Source of the DNA: Hyphomicrobiaceae bacterium | GTDB taxonomy: Bacteria; Pseudomonadota; Alphaproteobacteria; Rhizobiales; Hyphomicrobiaceae | DNA length: 44,031 nt | NCBI GenBank assembly: GCA_043718785.1 | Contig: JAYSVA010000426.1 | Coordinates: 1 to 44,031 of the forward strand | Reading direction: 5' to 3' | Shown here: piece by piece, positions 35,597 through 43,300 of the stretch | How positions within the stretch are numbered: position 1 is the stretch's first letter | Layout of the letters: every line of letters starts with the position of its first letter | Notes under the pieces: generated by a model | Databases searched by the model: none | What the model saw: only the letters and a program-made list of their open reading frames with translations | Told to the model about the DNA's origin: nothing | Made by a program: the position numbers and the translations under genes

Positions 35597-36394
35597 TCAC
35601 CGTTTCTCGTCGGCGAAGTGGGCGGTGCCGCTCATTCCGGGCAGCACGCCCTGAGCTTGCCGCTTGAAGATTGCCGCAAGTTTGATGGTTTGACTTATTG
35701 GGTCAACCGCCGCGCCCGTGCGCGTCACTTCAGCGTCAAACGCAACGTTGAGTTCATCAACGAAGAATTGAAACGGCAACCCAGGTTTCATCCAACGTGC
35801 CCATGAAGAGGGAACGATCAAATCGATTTCGGGGCTTTCAGTCGAGGCTATCGCGAGGAAAGGCTTGCCGGGCTGCGCTGTTTCATACTTCTGCAGATTA
35901 AGTTCAACAATGCGGCCATCAAAAGGTGCGATAACCGTGCATTGATCTAAAGGACTCCGCAATCCGGAACTCTCGGCGATAGCTTTGGCGAGCCGTGCTT
36001 CGGCGACTTCGAGATCATTTTTGCCGACTGACTGCGCGCGTTGCAAGAGGCGGTATTTATCAAGTGTGAGTTGCATTTCGAGCTGTTGGGCTTCAGCGGC
36101 CGCCAAAGCTGCGCGCTGACGGCGACAATCAAACTCAAGAATTGTACTGCCTTTTTTGAAGGCCTCACCTTCTTTGAGATGAACTGCGGACACGCGTGTC
36201 GCCAATTCAGTCGAAATCGATGCCTGTTCGACAGCGTGAATAATACCGCGCGCCGCACTGGAACGGGCGGTAGCGTTTTCAGTGGTTGGACGCGGTTCGC
36301 TCTGCACTGGCGCGGCAACGACCCACAATGTTGCGAGAGTCAGGACGTGCCAGCCCGGATTAACGCAGCGCCAGACTGATCTTGCGATTTGCAC
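35597..36394 (-). CDS. Small periplasmic HlyD/RND-type adaptor subunit
   Basis: The ORF-track frame is 35597..36412 and begins with TTG. I prefer GTG 36394, preceded by GAGGGG with a 6-nt spacer, which gives a signal-peptide-like N-terminus (..WHVLTLATLWVVAAPVQS). Adaptor pattern: LKEGEAFKKGSTILEFD...coiled coil...VIAPFDGRIVEL. Confidence 0.7.
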   Translation of the reverse strand: MQIARSVWRCVNPGWHVLTLATLWVVAAPVQSEPRPTTENATARSSAARGIIHAVEQASISTELATRVSAVHLKEGEAFKKGSTILEFDCRRQRAALAAAEAQQLEMQLTLDKYRLLQRAQSVGKNDLEVAEARLAKAIAESSGLRSPLDQCTVIAPFDGRIVELNLQKYETAQPGKPFLAIASTESPEIDLIVPSSWARWMKPGLPFQFFVDELNVAFDAEVTRTGAAVDPISQTIKLAAIFKRQAQGVLPGMSGTAHFADEKR

Positions 36395-37883
36395 CGAATT
36401 CCCCTCGCTCAAACGACAGTGTTTTCAGTTGCTGGGCGAGTTCTTTAACACCTGCATCGACTGGTTTCTCGCTGTCGAATGGGTCGAGCCCAACGGAAAC
36501 GAACACATTAGCGAAGGCATTCTGCATATTGGCAAATGCGATATCGCGTTTGACTTCAGCAACAAGGGTGTTGAGCTCTTCGCGGATTAGAGTTTGTTCA
36601 CTGATGCGGTCAGCGGATGCTTCTTGGCGCATCTGGCGCACTAATCGATCCTGCACATCGAGATAATCTCGCGCAGTAACCAGCTCTGCTGACATGTTGA
36701 GATAGCGAATACGGCTCACGTAAACCTGGGTCATCACGGCCATGGTGAGCGCCAACGCGCGGGCATTGAGCAGGGCATCCTGACCGTGGACCACATCGCG
36801 TTTCGCTGGGTATTGGAATACGCGCAGCACATTCCAAGATGCCTTTGTACCCCAGCTAACCCACTGGTTATGAGCTAGATACTTATTGGCGTCATGGCTG
36901 GCCCCGGCATACAGCTGGATGCCCGGCAATAGCTCTAGTAGTGCCGCATGCGCTTCATGCTGATTAATGCGTTGTTGGTAGGCGATATCCCGAAGTTCAG
37001 GACGGTTCAGTAACGCTGCAGCCGTCATGTCCTTCGCATCGATCTCGATGACCGGCGCTTTAGCGTCGAGGCCTTCGCCAGCAAGCGAGAAGTCTGTGCC
37101 AGGTGCCAAGTTCATCAGCGCTGCGAGTTGGGTTTTAGCCACGCTCAATTCGTGCTGTAGCTGCTGGGCGGTACGCCGGATTTCGATTAATTCGCGTTCG
37201 TACGTCAGGGCGGTAATCGGCGAAGCATCTGGCGATTGCGACAATTTCTTTGCATTCGACTGTGCAGTCTTAGTACGTGCTTCAAGTGATCTGAGTTTGT
37301 GGACCATGCGGTCTGAGCTGACAGCGCGCCAATAGGCTGTCCGGGTATCTTCGATGATTCGTTGCATGACTTTACGGCGCGTTTCCGCGGCAATTAGAAC
37401 TTTGTCGGCTGACTGCCGTGCGCGCACATACGATAAACCGAAATCAAGAATGTTCCAGCTGAACGTGATGTCTGATGTGGACGATTGGCGCTCACGTGAA
37501 ATCGTGCGCGGCGCTGATTCGCGGCCGGTGTCCAGCCGACGTTCGCCGACTGAGTGGTCATTATTGCGTTGCGCGAAACCCGAATTGACAACAGCGCCCG
37601 GCAACATCGCATAATGCGCCAACTTTAACTCGGTTGTGCGTAGTTGGGTCTGCATCATCTCAACCTTGTGATCGAGATTATATTTGACCGCGCGCGCCAT
37701 CGCTTCGTGCAACGAAATAGCGCCGTGAACGGGTTCCTGGTTCACTGTAACTTTGGCCATGTTGCTGTTGGTAATAATATCCAACTGGCCGAACGAAAGA
37801 GGTTGAGGCGATAATGCGCACGCCGACAAACTTGTCGCCAAGAGCGTGGCAACGATGACAGTTTGGGTCGTTTTGTACGGCAT
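36360..37883 (-). CDS. TolC/NodT-family outer-membrane channel lipoprotein (paralogue 1)
   Basis: The ORF-track frame is 36360..37922 and begins with GTG. The ATG at 37883 gives MPYKTTQTVIVATLLATSLSAC with an LSAC lipobox. It has the two-repeat OEP-like helical pattern and is closely similar to the upstream paralogue (for example DITFSWNILDFGLSYVRARQ versus DATFSWNVLDFALSYVRAQQ). Confidence 0.8.
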   Translation of the reverse strand: MPYKTTQTVIVATLLATSLSACALSPQPLSFGQLDIITNSNMAKVTVNQEPVHGAISLHEAMARAVKYNLDHKVEMMQTQLRTTELKLAHYAMLPGAVVNSGFAQRNNDHSVGERRLDTGRESAPRTISRERQSSTSDITFSWNILDFGLSYVRARQSADKVLIAAETRRKVMQRIIEDTRTAYWRAVSSDRMVHKLRSLEARTKTAQSNAKKLSQSPDASPITALTYERELIEIRRTAQQLQHELSVAKTQLAALMNLAPGTDFSLAGEGLDAKAPVIEIDAKDMTAAALLNRPELRDIAYQQRINQHEAHAALLELLPGIQLYAGASHDANKYLAHNQWVSWGTKASWNVLRVFQYPAKRDVVHGQDALLNARALALTMAVMTQVYVSRIRYLNMSAELVTARDYLDVQDRLVRQMRQEASADRISEQTLIREELNTLVAEVKRDIAFANMQNAFANVFVSVGLDPFDSEKPVDAGVKELAQQLKTLSFERGEFGANRKISLALR

Positions 37884-37947
37884 GGTACCTGCGATCACAT
37901 TGAGTGTTAGGACGTGACGCACAACGCTAGCTGATGATAAAGTATAA

Positions 37948-39834
37948 TTACTTCGTTCCGGTGTAAGGGCCAGTTTTCTTACTGCCCTTATCCTTCATAC
38001 TACCGGCGGTTGGAGCGGTATCACCGGGCCAGAGCCAATCCCACGCTGATGTTTCAGCAGGCTTCGGTGCGGCCTTCCTTGGAGTTCCGCCGCGTGCCGC
38101 AAGTGCGGCCTGCCGGGCTTGCGCCGCCTCTTGTTTGATGCGGTCGGTCGCAGCTTTCCTAAGTTGAGCCGCCTCGTCATGAGCGCGTTTCGCTTCGGCC
38201 TTTTGCAGGTTGACTTGTTCGGCCTTCAGGCGCGCAGCAGCTTCGGCAATCCGCTGTGCTTCGGCACGGCGGCGGCGATCCTCTTCGGCCTGACGGCGAC
38301 GTTGCTCCTCGCGGGCTTTTTCTAATTCGAGCATGTAGCGGCCGCGGTCGGAAACCGCGCTGCGGTTCGACCAATGTGAACTCAGATGCTGTGCCAGCAC
38401 CTTCACGTCCATTTTGAGATCGACGGATTTGCCTTGAAGGTCGTAGCCCATTGATGTCATCAGGTTCGACGACGCTGTCTGAAGGCTGCCGACAGCCAAG
38501 TCGTGTTGAACCTCTGCAACAAGAAGGTTCATCTCTTCACGAATTAGGGTCTGCTCACCAATCAATTCGGCTGACTTTTCGGCGCGAAGATGTTGGACAA
38601 GTTGCTTTTGAACGCTCAGATAGTCCCTGGCTGTTACAACTTGTTCAGCGAGATGATTATAGCGGGTGACGCTGATGTAGACCTGCGTCATAATCGTCAT
38701 AGTAATCGCTAGTGCTTTTTGGCTGAGCACATCTGCCTGTGCTTCAATAGCCGTGCGCTTGGCGGGCAGCTGGACGATCTTCAAAAGATTGCCAGCCGCC
38801 GACACACCCCAATCGAGCCAATTGTTATTCAGCAGCAACGACGTGTCATCGAATGCGGCAGTGCCATAAACACGCAAGCCAGGCAGTAATTCCACAATAG
38901 CCGCAGTGGCTTCACGCTCGGTAATGCGTTGCTGGTAGGCAATGTCGCGAATCTCTGGGCGGTTGAATATTGCCTCAGCAACCATTTCGCGTGGCGACAT
39001 GCTGAATACGGGGGGATCAGGATTATAATCTCTATCGACTAACGCGAATTCCGTACCCGGTGGCACGTTCATCAGTGCGGCTAACTGCGATTTGGCAAGG
39101 CGTAGCTCGTTGCTCAGGCGTTCGGCGGTTTGTCGTATTTGAACGAGTTCTCGCTCGTAGGTCAGTGCGGTCAGTGGTGTTTCTGCGCCGACTTTCGCCG
39201 CTGCTCGTGTACTAGCGACGCTGCGTTTGACGCGAGTTTCGAGAGTTTCGAATTTCTTGACCATCCGGTCGCAGCTCACGGCGCGCCAATAAGCAGTTCT
39301 GGTGTCTTCTATAATACGTTGCGTTACTTTGCGGCGGGCTTCCTGGGCGATTAGATGCTGGTCGGCAGCCTGCTGCGCACGTACATATGAAAGTGCGAAA
39401 TCTAGGACGTTCCAGCTAAACGTTGCGTCGCCAGAATTGAAGGCTCTGTCTTGCGACGTGGAAAAAGCGGGGACTTCGATCCCGGTCGGAAGGTCAAGAC
39501 TTGCAGTTGATAAATCATTGTTGCGTGCGCTGTAACCGGCGTTAGCAACAATTCCCGGCAGCATAGTGCTAGCGACCTGGCGAGATTCTTGAGCGCGCAG
39601 TGCTGCCTGCATCACGGCGACTTGGTCATCCAAATTGTACTTAAGCGCCCGGGCCACCGCTTCATAGAAGGAGATTTGCCCCTGGACAGGCGTTTGATCG
39701 GCTGTGAGGTGACTCAAATTGGCTTCTGTCAATCGCGAGAGATGCTCGTCGGACAGCGGCGACGGAGCCATCGCGCAGCCACCCACCATCAACGGCAGTG
39801 CAAACAATCCTGTGATGGTGTGCAAGCGTTTCAT
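37948..39834 (-). CDS. TolC/NodT-family outer-membrane channel lipoprotein (paralogue 2) with a ~128-aa charged C-terminal extension
   Basis: The ORF-track frame is 37948..39870 and begins with GTG. The ATG at 39834 gives MKRLHTITGLFALPLMVGGC with a lipobox. The body is paralogous to 36360..37883. The tail is LELEKAREEQRRRQAEEDRRRRAEAQRIAEAAARLKAEQVNLQKAEAKRAHDEAAQLRKAA... Confidence 0.8.
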   Translation of the reverse strand: MKRLHTITGLFALPLMVGGCAMAPSPLSDEHLSRLTEANLSHLTADQTPVQGQISFYEAVARALKYNLDDQVAVMQAALRAQESRQVASTMLPGIVANAGYSARNNDLSTASLDLPTGIEVPAFSTSQDRAFNSGDATFSWNVLDFALSYVRAQQAADQHLIAQEARRKVTQRIIEDTRTAYWRAVSCDRMVKKFETLETRVKRSVASTRAAAKVGAETPLTALTYERELVQIRQTAERLSNELRLAKSQLAALMNVPPGTEFALVDRDYNPDPPVFSMSPREMVAEAIFNRPEIRDIAYQQRITEREATAAIVELLPGLRVYGTAAFDDTSLLLNNNWLDWGVSAAGNLLKIVQLPAKRTAIEAQADVLSQKALAITMTIMTQVYISVTRYNHLAEQVVTARDYLSVQKQLVQHLRAEKSAELIGEQTLIREEMNLLVAEVQHDLAVGSLQTASSNLMTSMGYDLQGKSVDLKMDVKVLAQHLSSHWSNRSAVSDRGRYMLELEKAREEQRRRQAEEDRRRRAEAQRIAEAAARLKAEQVNLQKAEAKRAHDEAAQLRKAATDRIKQEAAQARQAALAARGGTPRKAAPKPAETSAWDWLWPGDTAPTAGSMKDKGSKKTGPYTGTK

Positions 39835-39870
39835 GAGTTCCAGAGCCGGAGGGCTGGTTCGAACGCGCAC

Positions 39871-40336
39871 AGGTGTTTGCTGGGAGTGTCAAAATTTGCG
39901 GAAAAACTTGCCGAAGCGCTTTGTAACCGACAGCATTCTTTAATCGAATAGGTGATTCGGTGTGGATGATTACTGTGTTTTGGGGATAACTGATGTTTGA
40001 ATAGTATTGTACGTGCAGCCCAAGCGGCGGCTCCTGTCGGGTCCGGAAAATCTGGGAGGTGAGCAATTGAGGCGTTAACAGGTCTAATGGCGTCATATCA
40101 CGAAGCGAGGACAAATTTGAAAAGGGAACGATTGCGGAATTGTGTCGTATTTTCATTTGTTTGTGGTGTTTCGTTGTATTTCTGCACACATATCATGTGT
40201 CTTGGCATATCACCTGTGCTCGGAGTGTGTTGATCGTGCAGGACAATCTCTACTGCTTGTTAACCGAATTGTCTCATTTCTGGACGTTGAACAGTGGCGC
40301 GTCATCCGCAGCAACGACCAAATTCGGACAATTAAA
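39871..40336. promoter_or_regulatory. AT-rich divergent intergenic/promoter region between the envelope operon and the giant adhesin gene
   Basis: My spot counts give 24/60 GC for 39961..40020 and 21/60 GC for 40141..40200, against 40/60 in a typical left-hand line (3541..3600). Short palindromes are present (cgaat-aggtg-attcg near 39944; acacat-atc-atgtgt near 40185). No convincing ORF. Confidence 0.45.
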
Positions 40337-43300
40337 ATGTCGATCTTTCAGCGCATTGTGGGTTCTAGCAAAGTTATGAAGTCCGCTAAGGACGCTGACG
40401 TAACTGTTGCTGCCTCGCGGCATCGGCTGGTTTACCGTGCTCTTGAGCCACGTATGGTGTTTGACGCGGCCATGCAGGCGACCATTGCTGAAGCCTCTGC
40501 GACTGATAATACCGTGATCGCCGACCCGGTTAGCCAAGTGGTCCCGCCGACGCAGGATATGGCGGTCGTTCAGGCGCTGTCGGACATTGCGGCGGCAGCC
40601 GGGGCGGGGATGTCTGCGGTCACAGGCGGCGAAACGTTCGTTTTCGTTGATCCTCGCGTTGCGAATTTTCAGGATATCGCCTCGGCGCTGCCCGCCGGCG
40701 CAACGATTGTGATGCTAAACAGCGAAGTGGGCGGATTCGAGCAAATCGCTGCCTACCTTGAAGGGCGCACGAATGTTGCTGGCATTCAGATTTTCTCGCA
40801 CGGCTCAGCGGCGCACCTGCAATTGGGTGCGGACATTCTGGATAATACGAATGTCGCGGAGCACACCGCCGCACTTCAGCAAATTGGCTCTGCTCTGAGC
40901 GAAAATGGCGATATCTTGCTCTATGGCTGCGATATTGCGGCCGGAAACGACGGGTTGCAATTCATCGAAGCGCTTGCTGCCCTCACCGGTGGCGACGTTG
41001 CGGCATCGACCGACGCAACAGGTGCCGCTGGCCTCGGCGGCGACTGGATTCTCGAATTGTCGACCGGCGCGATTGAGAACGCTGTGGTTGCCGCGCCCGA
41101 TTACGGTGCATTGCTGGCGCTCGTCGCGGCCAATGACGTCGCCACCGTTCAGGCCAATGCGACAGTCGGCGTCAACGGTAACGTTTTGACCAACGACACC
41201 GGAACGGGCGCGAGGACCGTGACTGAGGTGCATGGCCGTGCCACGTCAGTCGGGGTGGCGTACGCGACGTCGTACGGGTCAATCACGATGAATGCTGACG
41301 GCACATACGTCTATACTGTGAACGTCAACAATGCCACTGTTCGTGAACTTGCTGCCGGTCAAACGATTACCGACATCATTTCTTACACGGCGCGGGATAC
41401 AACAACCGCTTTGCCCGATTTTGGCTATTTGACGGTGACAATCAATGGTGTGACGGATGCGCCTTTGGCATTTGACAACTTTGGTTCGGTCACTCCGGGC
41501 ACTGTGCCCACAAGTTCCGGCAACGTGCTGCTGGACGCAGGCGCGGGCGTCATCGATAGTATTGACCGGCCACAATCGCAGTTCCGATGGGAAAACCTAT
41601 ACGCGAACGGTGCAACGATTGTTGGCAACCAAACTGTTGATGGCGTTGGCGTTGCGGTGACAACGACAAACGCTTCGGGCATTTCTTACACGGCAGTTGC
41701 GCAGACCACTGCAACGCAGGGTGGCCATACTGGTTATGCAGCGCTCACGATTGATCCGACAGTGCTTGTGTATACCGCCCCTACAGTCGGGTTCGCATTT
41801 GCGCAACCCGTCATAAACCTCTCATTTGGTCTCCTTGACGTCGATAGTGGCGCGCCGAGCTGGCAAGACCAAGTGACCATCACTGGTACACGTGGCGGTG
41901 TCCCTGTCGCTTTCACAGCGCAATTCTCAGGATATGACACGCGGGCAGGCAACTCATTTTTCGGCAACAACGGTGGCGTCGGCAATACTGATGCGCTCGG
42001 CAATATCGTCATTGTCTTCAGTGGCGCTGTCGATAACGTCGTTATCGCTTACAATGACGGCCCTGGCGCGACCGCTGCAAACCCAGGCGGCCATCTAGTC
42101 GGGATTACGGATCTAACCTGGCAGAACCCGAACGCGGTCACCACGATCCAGATTGCCGGCACGACGGTGCCTGTCGGTGGCGTTACCGTCGCAACACTGT
42201 ATGGCAGCATCACCATGCAGCCGAGCGGATCGTATGTTTACACCGTTGATCCGACCAACCCGGCGGTTATCGCATTGCCGACTGGCGCAACGTTGATCGA
42301 CAGCATCCCTTATACAATCCGGGATGCGCTGCTTCAGACCGCCAGCGCGTTTCTCAGCATCACTGTCAATGGTGTTAACGAGGTGCCAGCCCTGGATCTT
42401 GACGCGAACAATTCATCGGGCGTCACGGGTTCCGGCTATACAGCCACTTACGTTGAAAATGGCGCAGGTGTCAGCATTGCCGATGCCGACACCGCAATTG
42501 CTGATCTTGATACATCCAGCTCTATTGCGTCCGCGACCATCGTGCTGACGAACCGCCAAGTTGGCGACGTATTGAACGTTGGCGTATTGCCAGCTGGTGT
42601 GACTGCCGTGATTGACACGTCAAATCCGGCGAGCGTTTCCGTAACCCTGACCGGGGTTGATAGCAGGGCTAACTACGCCAGCTTCATCAATGCAATCCGC
42701 TTCTCTAACACGTCGGACGCATTGGTTGGAGTTGATCGGAACATCACCGTTGTTGTCAACGACGGCATCGCCAATTCAAATGTTGCTACGTCAACTATTA
42801 GAGTTACCCCCGTCAACGACGCGCCGGTTTCGACGGTGCCCGCAGCCCAGACCACGCTCGAGGACACAGCGCGTGTATTCTCTGCAGCCAACGGTAACGC
42901 TATCACGATCAGCGATATTGATGCAGGCACCGTCGGTGTGCAGACGGTGGCCTTGTCAGTTGCGCGCGGCACACTTACGCTTGGTGCAACAACCGGACTG
43001 ACTGGCTTAACCGGCAACAGCACGGGTACGATCACGTTTACCGGCACCGTCGCCCAGGTTAACGCGGCTATGGACGGCCTTTCGTATCTGAATACGGCTG
43101 ACTACAACAGCACCGGTTCAGGCACGGCGGGGGCTGATGTTCTTACGGTGAGCGTCAGAGATGACGGCCGGGACTCCGGCGTGTTGGCAACCAATGGTGT
43201 TCAAACTGGGCTTGTCCGGACTGTCGATATCAACATCACCGCCGTTGCCGATATCACCGACGATACGCTGACGACGCTTGAAGACACGGCCGTCGTATTC

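Noticed and set aside
35694-35706. ttgggtcaa match to the core of the REP-like element, inside the small adaptor gene
   Set aside because: It is only a 9-nt match with no partnering inverted copy nearby, which is consistent with chance.
39662-40189. 175-aa minus-strand ORF overlapping the 5' end of the TolC paralogue gene and the AT-rich spacer
   Set aside because: It is out of frame with the well-supported TolC-like gene, which has a lipobox signal peptide. No motifs were recognised and most of it lies in the AT-rich non-coding tract.
40140-40379. 79-aa Cys/Phe-rich ORF in the AT-rich spacer upstream of the adhesin gene
   Set aside because: It has no RBS and an odd composition (MCRIFICLWCFVVFLHTY...). 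It lies in ~35-40% GC DNA, where open frames arise by chance. It ends by overlapping the adhesin start region. I treat it as non-coding leader or promoter DNA.
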